Source: a bacterium
Lineage (GTDB): Bacteria; Patescibacteriota; Minisyncoccia; UBA6257; GWB1-50-10
Assembly (NCBI GenBank): GCA_021825465.1
Contig: JAKAGX010000001.1
Span: 5,347 to 69,346 of the forward strand
Length of the DNA stretch: 64,000 nt
Direction of reading: 5' to 3'
This document shows, in pieces, positions 28,056 to 38,759 of the stretch. The notes beneath the pieces are model-generated. The model did not search any database. It saw nothing but the letters and a program-made list of their open reading frames with translations, and was not told where the DNA came from. The position numbers and the translations under genes were made by a program. Positions within the stretch are counted from its first letter, which is position 1. The number at the start of each line of letters is the position of its first letter.

Positions 28056-29863
28056 ACAACTTCACTGTTATAGCAGGATTCGCAGTACACGATCTCTTTT
28101 CTCTCCGGCGCATACGGCGTCTCAAATTCACTCGGGCAACGATCGTTACCGTGAGTATGCTTGGAGAGGTTGGTATAAATGCCATTCTCTGATCTTTCGC
28201 CGACACATTGACACCGACGATGCCAGAGCTTGAGCGGCTTCCGCTGCTCTAAACGCTTAGCATGGCGACAGCTGAAGCAGAGGTGCGGCAATGGCAACCC
28301 CATCCGCCGGTAGAATGAGAGTTCCTGCGGGATGATCCTGAACGCCGCTGTGCACTGCTCGTTGCACTCCCCCCGGTGCGCACATTCGATGATCTCATCC
28401 ACGATCGAATCCTTCGCGTCATCTATGCTGTCGGGTGTATCGGCCTCCTTCATCGTCACCTGGTATTTTTTTTCTTCCGGCTCTTTCCACTTGAATCCGC
28501 GGCTCAGAGCGTCACTTTCATTCAACGGAAAATATTCTTGTGCGATCGTCTCATTGTAGACGAAGGGGCTAAGTTCCGGCGGGAAGAACTCGCCGTATTT
28601 ATAGATCCTCTCTTTCGAGTCAACATAGGGCATCTCGTTCATCTGCTCAACGATCCGGGGAATCAACTCTTCATATTCTTCTTTCGAGTACTGCTTGTTC
28701 AAAATGCAGTATTGTTTGTTCCGGAGACCCGCACACCCGAAGAGATTCGAGGAATCATAGCAGTTCTCCGAATAGGCCACATTGGCGTTGTTCCAGCTCA
28801 CATACGCAAATTTAGTGGAGGAATTAATGGCTCCGCCGATGATCTCATAAGAGAAAAACAAATTCCCTCCCACTTGCATGCAATCATAGTCGTTCTCGGC
28901 ATTCCATCCGCAAATGGTCAAATATTTGCCGTGTGAAGCCCCCACCCCTCCGCCGAATTCCGCGGAACTCGACGATCCGATGAAAAAACACATCCTCAGG
29001 TCATTGGAATTCTCAATGTCGTTCCCCGTCACGTTCTCGGATTTTGTGATGTGAGCGAATTTCATCGGCTGTGAGAGGATAAATGCCTTGAATTTTCCTT
29101 TGTATTCCTCAAGGATCTTGTACGATTTTAAATCGACTTCCGAGAATCTCCTTTCATATTCCTCCTTGGTGAGCTGCTCGTTGAACCAGCAGTATTGTTT
29201 GTTCCGAAGGCCCGCACACCCGAAGCAGTTCGAACATCCCCGGCAGTCATAAAGGAACCATGAGTTGAGACAATTGTCGCAATAGCGGCCGAAAGCAACG
29301 TGATATGATTTTGTGCTGTCCAGGAGTTCATAGCACTTTTCGCTTTCGTTTATGAAAAAGGTATCCACGCTGTCCTTGCTGTAGAGAGCGGTATTGGTAT
29401 ACATGACGTCTTCGCTGTTGTATCCGCCGATCTCCATATAGCAATTCTTGTGATTACTGACATTGTTGCAGTACTCGCTCCCGACGGAGTTCCGGTTCAT
29501 CATACTGATGCGCGGCACTTTGAGCATCAAATCGTGAAACTGCTCGAAGAAGGGCCTGGAAAAATCGTAATCCCGCCCGAAATCCATCGGATTCCAGCCG
29601 TCGGACCACCAAAATTTCGCATCATAGACCGTGAACGGCGAATTGTTCGGATAGAGGGAAATGATGTCCTCCGCATGCCCCGGGGCGCCACACTTTCGTT
29701 TGTAGAGCATCTTTTCGTTCCGCCACGTCATTCTTCTCATTGACCGGCATTCCGGGCACCACGTGGGCGGTGGGACCTGTATCCTCTCGTAGAATGCGAA
29801 ATCCTCCGGATCAATCACGAATTCCTCTTTGCAGTTTTGGCAGGTTCTGGTTTCTTGTTTCAT
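28052..29863 (-). CDS. Cys-rich zinc-ribbon repeat protein, array paralog 3
   Basis: The 603 aa ORF has the same architecture. It has ATGA overlaps with both neighbours. Confidence 0.85.
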   Translation of the reverse strand: MKQETRTCQNCKEEFVIDPEDFAFYERIQVPPPTWCPECRSMRRMTWRNEKMLYKRKCGAPGHAEDIISLYPNNSPFTVYDAKFWWSDGWNPMDFGRDYDFSRPFFEQFHDLMLKVPRISMMNRNSVGSEYCNNVSNHKNCYMEIGGYNSEDVMYTNTALYSKDSVDTFFINESEKCYELLDSTKSYHVAFGRYCDNCLNSWFLYDCRGCSNCFGCAGLRNKQYCWFNEQLTKEEYERRFSEVDLKSYKILEEYKGKFKAFILSQPMKFAHITKSENVTGNDIENSNDLRMCFFIGSSSSAEFGGGVGASHGKYLTICGWNAENDYDCMQVGGNLFFSYEIIGGAINSSTKFAYVSWNNANVAYSENCYDSSNLFGCAGLRNKQYCILNKQYSKEEYEELIPRIVEQMNEMPYVDSKERIYKYGEFFPPELSPFVYNETIAQEYFPLNESDALSRGFKWKEPEEKKYQVTMKEADTPDSIDDAKDSIVDEIIECAHRGECNEQCTAAFRIIPQELSFYRRMGLPLPHLCFSCRHAKRLEQRKPLKLWHRRCQCVGERSENGIYTNLSKHTHGNDRCPSEFETPYAPERKEIVYCESCYNSEVV

Positions 29864-31581
29864 ACAATCTCTGCATTAAAACACTGCTCGCAATAGATGA
29901 CTTCTTTTCTCTCCGGCGCGTACGAGGTTTCGAACTCGTTAGAGCATCTTCCCTCTCCGTGGAAATGGGTTTTCTTGTCGCACATGCACGAGCGATGGTA
30001 GAGCTTCGGGGGGTTGACGCTCCGAAACCGCTCCCCGTGGCGGCACTCAAAGCACTTGCGGGGCAGGGCCGCATTTATCTTTTTCAAAAAATCGTATTCT
30101 TTCCCAATGATCTGGTACGGCTTACCACACGAGGAACACTCAATGATTTCTCTCGTAATTGAGTCCGGCGTTTCCTTGATATCATCCGGCAGCTCGCCCG
30201 CTTTCTTGGTAATCGTGTGGCGCGGAGCATCCGCCTCGCGCCATGCAAAACCGCTCTCGGATGCTCTTTCCCTCGTGAGCGGGAAATAATCGTTCGCCAC
30301 CGTCTCGTTGTAGGCAAAAGGTGAAAGCTCAGTCGGAAAAAATTCACCGTAGCCGTACGTTCTCCCTCTCCCGTCCACGTACGGTACTTTCCCCATCTGC
30401 TCGATGATCTTCGGAATTAATGTTTTGTACTCTTCTTTGGAATACTGCTTGTTCAGGACGCAGTATTCCCGATTCCGGAGACCGATGCAACCGAAGAGAT
30501 TACTCGAGCCGTGACAATTCAAAGCATAACGGGCATCATTGGTACCGTAGACCGATCCCACAAAGTATTGTCGAGACGCCTCGACGCCGGAATCGAAGCC
30601 CTCATAGAGCAGCTCGCAATTTCCCCCCACGCCATAGCCGTCGTACGTATCAGTGGCAGAAAGGGCATTGGTGAGATATTTGCAGTCCTTCACGTTGCCG
30701 TACGAATCAAAACAAAAGCGCGAATCGGCGACATTATACAGCCGGTCGCCGGTCACATTGTTACAACTCACGAATGTCGCGTATTTCCTGATGGCGCCGA
30801 GCTTAAGGACCTCGAATTTTTTCTTCGTCTCCTCAAGCTGCCGGAAACTTCCCAAGTCGATCGCCGCCACTCTTTTCCCGTACTCCTCCCTGCTCAACTG
30901 CTCATTGAAGAAGCAGTAGGACTTATTCCGCAAATTCGTACACCCGAAGCAATCCGTGCATCCCTTGCAACCGAAGAGGAACCAAGAATCGGCGCAACCT
31001 TCCGATTCGGAGGAAAAGTGGACGTTAAACAGTTTGCTGCTCCCGACATCATATGAACACAGGCTGCAATTATTGATCGCAAAGGCGTCAACGATATCTT
31101 TTGACGCGTTGCAACGGGAGGCATAGCACACATTTTCGCCGTCCCACGATGCCGAGACGAGGTACGCATCTTTATACTCGCCGACATAATTCACATAACT
31201 GGAGTTCACTGTCCGCGCATTGAAGACCGCCGGCATCGGCACTTTCTTCAGAAGCTCCGCGAACTGCCCGAAGAATGGCCTCGAAAAATCATAGTCAGCA
31301 CCGAAAGCGAGCGGATCCCATGCGTCGCTCCACCAATAATCCCGATCGTATACCGTTATGCCCGAATCGGGCGCAAAACAGGAGATAACCGCCTTCCCCG
31401 TCGCCGCACATTTATTCCTGAAGAGCGTCCGTTCGTTCCGCCAGGCAAACCGACGCTGCATCCGGCATTCCGGGCACCAGGTTGGCGGTGGGACCTGTAT
31501 CCTCTCGTAGAATGCGAAATCCTCCGGTTCGATCGTGAACTCCTTCTTGCAGTTCTGGCACCGTCGCGTTTCCGAGGTCAT
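29860..31581 (-). CDS. Cys-rich zinc-ribbon repeat protein, array paralog 4
   Basis: The 573 aa ORF has the same N- and C-terminal signatures. It is preceded by the 114 nt structured intergenic element. Confidence 0.85.
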   Translation of the reverse strand: MTSETRRCQNCKKEFTIEPEDFAFYERIQVPPPTWCPECRMQRRFAWRNERTLFRNKCAATGKAVISCFAPDSGITVYDRDYWWSDAWDPLAFGADYDFSRPFFGQFAELLKKVPMPAVFNARTVNSSYVNYVGEYKDAYLVSASWDGENVCYASRCNASKDIVDAFAINNCSLCSYDVGSSKLFNVHFSSESEGCADSWFLFGCKGCTDCFGCTNLRNKSYCFFNEQLSREEYGKRVAAIDLGSFRQLEETKKKFEVLKLGAIRKYATFVSCNNVTGDRLYNVADSRFCFDSYGNVKDCKYLTNALSATDTYDGYGVGGNCELLYEGFDSGVEASRQYFVGSVYGTNDARYALNCHGSSNLFGCIGLRNREYCVLNKQYSKEEYKTLIPKIIEQMGKVPYVDGRGRTYGYGEFFPTELSPFAYNETVANDYFPLTRERASESGFAWREADAPRHTITKKAGELPDDIKETPDSITREIIECSSCGKPYQIIGKEYDFLKKINAALPRKCFECRHGERFRSVNPPKLYHRSCMCDKKTHFHGEGRCSNEFETSYAPERKEVIYCEQCFNAEIV

Positions 31582-31619
31582 ATATCTATATTACCTTAAA
31601 ACAATCCCCAAGGGAGTAA

Positions 31620-31689
31620 GCCGGATACTCCCGCGAAGGCTAAGAGCTTTAGCGTCGCCCCGGAGGGAGCCTCTGCGGGGGTATCCGGC
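31620..31689. repeat. Structured intergenic repeat element, copy A (long hairpin with conserved loop)
   Basis: The outer stem gccggatactcccgc/gcgggggtatccggc is 15 bp with one G-U pair. The loop contains the conserved 'cgcgaaggctaaga ... ccccggag ... agcct' and an inner hairpin gctaa-gagct-ttagc. Confidence 0.55.
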
Positions 31690-31695
31690 GAACTC

Positions 31696-33462
31696 CTATA
31701 CTATCTCCTTTTGGTAGCATTCCTCACAGTAGATGAGATCGGGGCGGTCAGGCGCATAAGGCGTCATTACTCTATTCCCACAGGGACTATTTCCATGATC
31801 GTGGAGAACCGTATTCTTATAGCCGTTCTTCGCCGGTCCGCCGCCTTGGCACTCGCATGTCCGCTCAAAAAGCCGCCGCGGGAGGAGCTTCCGCATCCTC
31901 GCTTTGTGCCGCTCGAGGGGAGACAGTCGCGGGATCGGCAATCCCCGCCTCCGATAGAATTGGAGTTCCATCGGGATCACTCGGTATGGCTTCCCCGACG
32001 CTTCGCATTTCAGTATCTTTTCCACGATGTCGTCTTTCACGTCTTTGATATCGTCCGGTATCGCGTAATCGGAAATTCGAATGCCGGAATCGGCCTCGTA
32101 GTCGCTCCATGGATACCCTTTTGCTTCCGCCTCGCTCTTCGAGAGCGGGTAGTAGTCCATGGCAGCCGTTTCATTGTAACCGTAGGGTGAAAGCTCGATT
32201 GGGAAGAATTCGCCGTAGCGATATACTCGTCCGTTCGCGCCGGCATACGGCATCTCATCCATGTGTTTTCTGATCTTCTGAACCAATGCCTCGTACTCCT
32301 CCTTTGGATACTGTTTGTTCAGGATGCAGTATTCACCGTTCCGGAGATTGGCGCACCCGAAGCAATTCTTGCTATCGATGACCGAGTAGCAGTACTCGAC
32401 GTCAGAGGAATGAATTTTTCGCAACGGGTCGCCGCTCATACAAAAGTTCAGGAATTTCGAGTTATACACTCCCCCGCCGCTTGCGGACTCATAGGTCAAT
32501 TCGGATGCACCATGGGCGCTCTCGTCATAGCTGTCCTTGATCCAGCCTGCGATATAAAGGTACTTTGAATCCTCCACTTCTTCGCCGTTCCAACAATCCT
32601 TGGCGTTTTTTGAATTCGAAAGATAGTTCCCCGTCGAATTCACTGATTTGAAAACGCTTGCGAACCGGTGCGGCATTGTGAACCAGAACTTTTCCGATCG
32701 CTCTCTCAGTTCGCTGAATCCCTTCCACGACCCGAGCGGATTCTCGGCGATGAATTTTTGATACTCTTCTTTCGTGTGTTCCTCGTTGAAAATGCAGTAT
32801 TGCTTGTTCCGGAGGCCGGCTGAGCCGAAGCAGTCATGGCAGTTCCGGCAGTCGAAACAAAAGGTCAGATTTTGGGAATCGAAACAATCGACGGAACCGG
32901 TAACGGCATAACAGCGCTCGCAATCAACGTTTCCATACCCCAATTCACTGTTCAGAAACCACCAGTTATCAAAACTGTCTTTAGAATACAGATCGTACGT
33001 ATTGTATGCCGAATCCTCGTTGTAGTGGCCGCCGACATTCAGGTAGCAGTTCTTGTCATCGGTTTCCTGGTTCACCCAGTCGCTATTTACCGTGTTGAGA
33101 TTCAGGATGGAAACATGCGGCGTCGCATACAAAAGTTCCTTGAACTGCTCGAAGAACGGCTTCGAAAAGTCGTACTCGCGGCCGTATTGCTTACCGTTCC
33201 ATCTGTCGGACCACCAACACTCTTTGCAGTACGCCGGGTACGGCTTGTCCGGTGAAACGCGCGAAACGACCTCTTTGCCGCAGAGATCGCACTTCCGCTT
33301 GGAGAGTGCGCGCTCGTTCCGCCAAGCGATCCGCCTTTCTTCCCGGCATTCGGGGCAAAATGTCGGCGGCGGAACCTTGATCTTCTCGTAGAATGCGAAA
33401 TCCTCAGGCTCGATGGTGAATTCCTTTTTACAGTTCTGACACTGTCGAGTTTCTAAACCCAT
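31696..33462 (-). CDS. Cys-rich zinc-ribbon repeat protein, array paralog 5
   Basis: The 588 aa ORF has the same architecture. Confidence 0.85.
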   Translation of the reverse strand: MGLETRQCQNCKKEFTIEPEDFAFYEKIKVPPPTFCPECREERRIAWRNERALSKRKCDLCGKEVVSRVSPDKPYPAYCKECWWSDRWNGKQYGREYDFSKPFFEQFKELLYATPHVSILNLNTVNSDWVNQETDDKNCYLNVGGHYNEDSAYNTYDLYSKDSFDNWWFLNSELGYGNVDCERCYAVTGSVDCFDSQNLTFCFDCRNCHDCFGSAGLRNKQYCIFNEEHTKEEYQKFIAENPLGSWKGFSELRERSEKFWFTMPHRFASVFKSVNSTGNYLSNSKNAKDCWNGEEVEDSKYLYIAGWIKDSYDESAHGASELTYESASGGGVYNSKFLNFCMSGDPLRKIHSSDVEYCYSVIDSKNCFGCANLRNGEYCILNKQYPKEEYEALVQKIRKHMDEMPYAGANGRVYRYGEFFPIELSPYGYNETAAMDYYPLSKSEAEAKGYPWSDYEADSGIRISDYAIPDDIKDVKDDIVEKILKCEASGKPYRVIPMELQFYRRRGLPIPRLSPLERHKARMRKLLPRRLFERTCECQGGGPAKNGYKNTVLHDHGNSPCGNRVMTPYAPDRPDLIYCEECYQKEIV

Positions 33463-33528
33463 ACTCTTATTCTATATCAGTTCCCAGCTTTAGCGAGCGG
33501 GGCGCCTACCGGTGCCCCGCCCGCATAG

Positions 33529-35313
33529 TCATACTTTCTCTTGCTGATAACACTCGGCACAGTAAATGATGTCCGGTTTCTCCGGAGAGAACGATGTTTC
33601 AAACTCGTTCGGGCAATGACCTTCGCCGTGGGCATGTTTTGAGAGGTTCGTATAAGTGCCGTTTTCCGACTTCGCTCCGCCACACTGGCATTTCCGATGC
33701 CACAGCTTGAATGGATTCCTTAATTTCAGGCGATTGGCGTTCCTACAGTTGGGACAAAGACGGGGCAAGGCCAAATTAAACTTGCGGTAAAAATCCAATT
33801 CATCCGCGATGATCTTGAAAGCCCCGGTACACTGATCGGTGCACTCTCCCTTATGTGCACAGCCGATCACTTCTTTCAAAATATCGTCAGCGACATCTTT
33901 GACATGGTCGGGCAGGTTCTCCGCTTCCACCGTGACAGTATGTTCTTTCTTTCCCAATTCCTTCCAGGGGTATTTTTGGACAGCCGCTTCCTCCTTTTTC
34001 AAGGGGAAATATTCCTCGGCAATCGTCTCGTTGTATGCGAAGGGCGAGATTTCACAGGGGAAAAATTCGCCATAAGCGTATTTTCTGCCGGCGGCATCGA
34101 CGTACGGCATGGCATTCATGTGCTCGACGATCTTCGGGACGAGGGCTTCATACTCTTCTTTGGAATATTGCTTGTTCAGAATGCAATATTCCCGGTTTCG
34201 AAGACCGACGCATCCGAAGAGATGAGAGGAAAAATGGCAACAGTAAGCATACTCCACATCATGATTGCCGTGAGCATAGACGGTGAATTTGTAGCGTGCA
34301 GCATTGATCCCCGAGTCAACGCCTTCATACAAAAGTTCGCCAATGCCGCCAAAACCGTACCCATCGTACGAATCCTTGAGGCCCTGGGCATGGATCGCAT
34401 ATTTTGAATCCTCGGTTTCGCCGTAACCGTCAAAGCAGAATTTGCAGTTTTTTGCATCGCCGACCTGGTCGCCCGTCGTGTCGACCGAACGGATGAGCGA
34501 CGCAAATTCCCGCGGGAATTTTCTGTCGAATTCGTCGAATTCTTTCTTGAATGCTTGGAGATTTTTATAACTTCCGAAATCGTATTTTACCCGTTCTTTT
34601 TGATACTCATCCTTCGAGTAAGGCTTGTTGAAAATATGATATCTCTTGTTCCTTAAATTGACGCACCCCAGCGATTCATTCACATTGGTGCAATGCCGCA
34701 AGAATGCCGAATCCATGCTCTCCCCCGCATCGAACGAGAAAAACACGCGATTGATATTGTCGCAGAGCGTATCATCGTAGCAAAGTTCGCATTTCAAGAC
34801 ATTGTAGAGATCCATCGAATCCTTTCCTTCCATAATGCCGCTTGAAAAAGAAACGTTTTCATTCATATATGACGCATAAAGGAGATAACAATCCTTGCAG
34901 TCGGCATTGTGGTTCCCGTAATCGCTCCGCGTAACGTTCGTATTCGCGAGATTCGGCAACGGCGCTCGGTGCAAGAGATCTCGGTACTGCTCGAAGAACG
35001 GCTTCGAAAAGTCATACTCGCGGCCCGATGCAAGATTGTCCCATTTGTCGCTCCACCAATAATCCCGGTCATAGACGACCATGTTGCTTTCGGGCGAAAA
35101 CATCGTGAGAAATTCCTTTCCCGTCGCCGCACACTTTCCTTTATAAAGGGTCCGTTCGTTTCTCCATATAAATCTCCTCTGCATCCTGCAATCCGGGCAA
35201 AATGTCGGCGGCGGGACCCGGATCTTCTCGTAAAACGCAAAATCGTCGGACTCGACCGTGAATTCCTTCTTACAATTCTGACATTGCCTTTTTTCCCTTT
35301 CTGTCATGCTCAT
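33529..35313 (-). CDS. Cys-rich zinc-ribbon repeat protein, array paralog 6
   Basis: The 594 aa ORF has the same architecture. Confidence 0.85.
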   Translation of the reverse strand: MSMTEREKRQCQNCKKEFTVESDDFAFYEKIRVPPPTFCPDCRMQRRFIWRNERTLYKGKCAATGKEFLTMFSPESNMVVYDRDYWWSDKWDNLASGREYDFSKPFFEQYRDLLHRAPLPNLANTNVTRSDYGNHNADCKDCYLLYASYMNENVSFSSGIMEGKDSMDLYNVLKCELCYDDTLCDNINRVFFSFDAGESMDSAFLRHCTNVNESLGCVNLRNKRYHIFNKPYSKDEYQKERVKYDFGSYKNLQAFKKEFDEFDRKFPREFASLIRSVDTTGDQVGDAKNCKFCFDGYGETEDSKYAIHAQGLKDSYDGYGFGGIGELLYEGVDSGINAARYKFTVYAHGNHDVEYAYCCHFSSHLFGCVGLRNREYCILNKQYSKEEYEALVPKIVEHMNAMPYVDAAGRKYAYGEFFPCEISPFAYNETIAEEYFPLKKEEAAVQKYPWKELGKKEHTVTVEAENLPDHVKDVADDILKEVIGCAHKGECTDQCTGAFKIIADELDFYRKFNLALPRLCPNCRNANRLKLRNPFKLWHRKCQCGGAKSENGTYTNLSKHAHGEGHCPNEFETSFSPEKPDIIYCAECYQQEKV

Positions 35314-35315
35314 TA

Positions 35316-36977
35316 CTATAATACCCTATCTTGATAACATTCTTCGCAGACGATTTTCTGATATCCCCACTCCGGCGGATAGTAATGGATGATCGGCCTC
35401 GAGCAGAAAAAGCACATTCCTTCATACGGCGTCGTGACCGTCAGGGGTTTCATGCGCTCCAGGTTGCGCCGATCTGGATGGCGGCTCGGCAAAGGTATGC
35501 CCTGTTCTTTATAAAACGCAAGTTCCTGAGGCGCTATGTTGAACCGCCATTTAGTTTCGGGGCAAACGATCGCTTGCTTCGAAAAATCGTTGTCGACGCC
35601 GTCAATGACATCCGGAACCTCATCGCCCGATATACCTTCATAGGCCTGGTCTTGAATGTCTTCCCACAAGCCGCCTTTTTCCTCTATGGATTCGCGCGTC
35701 TCGGGGAAATACATTTGCCCGGTCGACAGGTTGTATCCGCAGTAAGCCAGCGAATATGGGAAGAACGTCCCCCACGTTCCGTCGGCGGTCATTCGGTCTT
35801 TGATCTTTTTTACAAGATCGTTGTATTCCGACTCCGAATACTGCTTGTTCAAAATACAGTACTTCTTCTTCCGCAAGCCGACGCATCCGAAACAGTACTC
35901 GCATTCTTCGCAATATTCGAGGTAGGCGCTGTAGCGGCAATTGCCGCACCGGGACGTGGCAACGGTCCCATAATTATATCCATCCATCATGCTCAAAGCC
36001 GCGTTCTCGGCGATGGTGCCTGCCGCATGGACAACCTCGCGCTGTTCGTAGCCGCGAAGGAGATAGTAGCCATTCTCGGACTTTTGGGCGAAGTACGATT
36101 CTTTGCAATTCTTGCATTCTTCAAGGAAATTCCCGGTTGAATCGACAACTTTGAGGTTGCGGTCCGCCTTATGAATGACCTCGCGGGCGACGACATCGGC
36201 AAATTCCTTCTTCAATCGCTCGACCTCCCGCCTTGAGTTCAAGCGATACTCTTTCATCTTCTCAAAATATCCCTCCTTGGAATACTGCTTGTTCAGGATG
36301 CAGTATTGTTTATTCCTCAAATTCCAGCACATAAAGCAGTTCTTCACGTTCCGGCAATCATAGAGAAACGCGCTGTCCATACTGTCGCGCGCATCGAAGG
36401 AATGTCGGACCTTGTACGACTTGAAGCAATAGGTGCAATCATACGAACGCTCAACATCGAAGCAGAAGGTGAGATCCGTTGAATTTTTGCAATTCACCGT
36501 ACGGTAGGCATAGTTCACTTCTTCGCAGTCGAGCATCGATCGGCAGAGGTAGCAATTCTTGCAGCTCCAGGCATCGTCGCTCCAATCGCAATTCGTGCTC
36601 ATGGTCCCCGACCGGTGGGGATGCGGCGTTTTTCGCTGGACTTCCGCATACTGCTCGAAGAACGGCCGTGAGAAGTCATACGATCTGCCGTATTGCAACG
36701 GATCCCACACGTCCGACATCCACTCGTCGTAATCGTAGAGCGGGAAGGGCGTTTTTTCCGAGAACGTCGTGATGATGGTTTTCCCGGAGAGTGCCGACGT
36801 CGTTTTGCGGAATTTGCCGAAAACCCAGAAAGCCGTAAGGTTCTTCCAAATGCAAACATGACATTCCTGGGGCACCGGGATCCCGGTTTTTTCATAGAGA
36901 ACAAGACTGTCCGGCGGAACCGAGAATTCCTTTCTACACGTCTTACATATTTTTGTTTCTTCCCCTCCCATACTCAA
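35316..36977 (-). CDS. Cys-rich zinc-ribbon repeat protein, array paralog 7 (divergent member)
   Basis: The 553 aa ORF has a degenerate N-terminus, 'CKTCRKEF ... YEKTGIPVPQECHVC'. It keeps the central 'NLRNKQYCILNKQYSKEGY' and 'GLRKKKYCILNKQYSESEYNDL' modules. The C-terminus is truncated. Confidence 0.8.
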   Translation of the reverse strand: MSMGGEETKICKTCRKEFSVPPDSLVLYEKTGIPVPQECHVCIWKNLTAFWVFGKFRKTTSALSGKTIITTFSEKTPFPLYDYDEWMSDVWDPLQYGRSYDFSRPFFEQYAEVQRKTPHPHRSGTMSTNCDWSDDAWSCKNCYLCRSMLDCEEVNYAYRTVNCKNSTDLTFCFDVERSYDCTYCFKSYKVRHSFDARDSMDSAFLYDCRNVKNCFMCWNLRNKQYCILNKQYSKEGYFEKMKEYRLNSRREVERLKKEFADVVAREVIHKADRNLKVVDSTGNFLEECKNCKESYFAQKSENGYYLLRGYEQREVVHAAGTIAENAALSMMDGYNYGTVATSRCGNCRYSAYLEYCEECEYCFGCVGLRKKKYCILNKQYSESEYNDLVKKIKDRMTADGTWGTFFPYSLAYCGYNLSTGQMYFPETRESIEEKGGLWEDIQDQAYEGISGDEVPDVIDGVDNDFSKQAIVCPETKWRFNIAPQELAFYKEQGIPLPSRHPDRRNLERMKPLTVTTPYEGMCFFCSRPIIHYYPPEWGYQKIVCEECYQDRVL

Positions 36978-36995
36978 TACTATATACCAAATATC

Positions 36996-38759
36996 TTATA
37001 CTATCTCTTTCTGGTAGCACTCCTCGCAATACACGATTTCCGGCTTCTCCGGAGCGTACGAGGTTTCAAATTCCTTGGAACATTTTCTCGAATGACCGTG
37101 GCTTTGGTTGTCACACATACACCCGCGGTGCCAGAGCTTCATGGGCGTTCGTTTCTTGAGACGTCCGTAGTGCCGGCAATTCGGGCAAAGCGTCGGGAGC
37201 GGAATATTCATTTTTTTATAGAACGCGAGTTCTTCCGGCGTGATGCGGAATGCTTCCGTGCATTGCTCTTCGCATTTCCCTTCGTGTGCACAACCGATCG
37301 TTTCTTTTACGACATCGTCCGAAACAATGCGGATGGTATCGGGCAAGTCGGTCGGTTTCAGGGTTATTCCATAATTCCGCGTTTCCGGATCGCGCCACTG
37401 GTACCCCATTGCCGTTGCTTTTTCTTTCGTCGAAGGGAAATACTCCTCGGCCACCGTCTCGTTGTATGCAAAAAGGGCGATTTCCGGCGGGAAAAACTCG
37501 CCGAAACCGTACCGCACTCCCCTTTTATCGACATACGGCATCTCGTCCATGTGTTTTTTAATTTTCGGGAGAAGTTCTTCATATTCCTCCTCCGAGTATT
37601 GCTTGTTCAAAATGCAATACTCCTTGTTCCGCATACCGTAGCAGCCAAACATATTATGCGACCCGTGCGTATGGACGCTCCACCACACGTCGCTCGAATC
37701 ATAGACCACGACACCGCCCACGATCCTCGACGAGCTGTTGATATCGACGCCTTCGTAGAGGAGTTCCGACTTCCAGCCGGCCCCCGGCCCGCAATCGTAT
37801 ATTCCCTTGCTTCCGAATCCGCTCCAGTTCACATACCGGCAATCTTCCGTGTTATCGCCCACGAAATCGAAGCAATCCCGGCAGTTCTTCGTATTCTGCA
37901 AATGATCGCCGGTCGAACCGACCGAATTCACGATGTCCGCATACTTATGGATCGCCTTCACATACACCTCATCCTGGAATTTCCGTCGGACTTCTTCGAG
38001 GGCCTTCCGGCTTCCAAGGTTCAGTTCCTTGACTCTCTTTTCGTATTCATCCTTCGATATCTGCTCATTGAAAATACAATATTGCTTATTTCTCAAATTC
38101 GCACATCCGATGCAGTCCCGGCAGTTCTTGCAGTTGTAAAGGAACCAGGAATCGCTGCAACCCTCGCAGTTCGAGGAATACAAGAGCCGGTACGAACCGC
38201 TGACGTACGAATCATCGTAGCAAAGCTCGCTGCCGTCGACGATATAGAGATCGAGCGAATCCTTGTCCTTCACCATACGGTTCGCATACATCACGTTCTC
38301 GTTCCATCCGCCGGCGGAAACGAGGTGACAGTTCTTGTTCCACGCGGCGGAGCTGCAATATTCGCTATTCACCGAATTCGTGTTCGAAAGCGCGATCAAG
38401 GGCACGCGGTGCAGGAGCTCCGCATACTGTTCGAAAAACGGCTTCGAGAAATCGTATTCCTTGCCGTATTGCATCGGATCCCATGCGTCGCTCCACCAAT
38501 ATTTTTGATCGTATACCGTATACGGTATATCTGCCGGATGAAGACTGATGACGTCTTCCGTATGTCCCGGCGCATTGCATTTCCGCTTATAGTACGTGCG
38601 CTCGTTCCGCCACACCATCCGCCGCGCGGCGCGGCATTCCGGACACCACGTGGGCGCCGGTACGCCGATCTGTCGGTAAAAATCAAGATCAGCGGGGTCG
38701 ATTTGAAACCCCCTTCCGCAATTCCTGCATATTCGGCCCTCTGAATTCATTGAGTTCAT
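36996..38759 (-). CDS. Cys-rich zinc-ribbon repeat protein, array paralog 8
   Basis: The 587 aa ORF has the same architecture. Its start codon is directly abutted by an upstream hairpin and U-tract. Confidence 0.85.
   Translation of the reverse strand: MNSMNSEGRICRNCGRGFQIDPADLDFYRQIGVPAPTWCPECRAARRMVWRNERTYYKRKCNAPGHTEDVISLHPADIPYTVYDQKYWWSDAWDPMQYGKEYDFSKPFFEQYAELLHRVPLIALSNTNSVNSEYCSSAAWNKNCHLVSAGGWNENVMYANRMVKDKDSLDLYIVDGSELCYDDSYVSGSYRLLYSSNCEGCSDSWFLYNCKNCRDCIGCANLRNKQYCIFNEQISKDEYEKRVKELNLGSRKALEEVRRKFQDEVYVKAIHKYADIVNSVGSTGDHLQNTKNCRDCFDFVGDNTEDCRYVNWSGFGSKGIYDCGPGAGWKSELLYEGVDINSSSRIVGGVVVYDSSDVWWSVHTHGSHNMFGCYGMRNKEYCILNKQYSEEEYEELLPKIKKHMDEMPYVDKRGVRYGFGEFFPPEIALFAYNETVAEEYFPSTKEKATAMGYQWRDPETRNYGITLKPTDLPDTIRIVSDDVVKETIGCAHEGKCEEQCTEAFRITPEELAFYKKMNIPLPTLCPNCRHYGRLKKRTPMKLWHRGCMCDNQSHGHSRKCSKEFETSYAPEKPEIVYCEECYQKEIV

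Noticed and set aside
31582-31695. A possible tRNA or CRISPR repeat in the 114 nt gap inside the array.
   Set aside because: There is no cloverleaf, T-loop (GTTCRANYC) or CCA-compatible acceptor stem. Only two dispersed copies exist, with no repeat-spacer periodicity. It is called a structured repeat instead.
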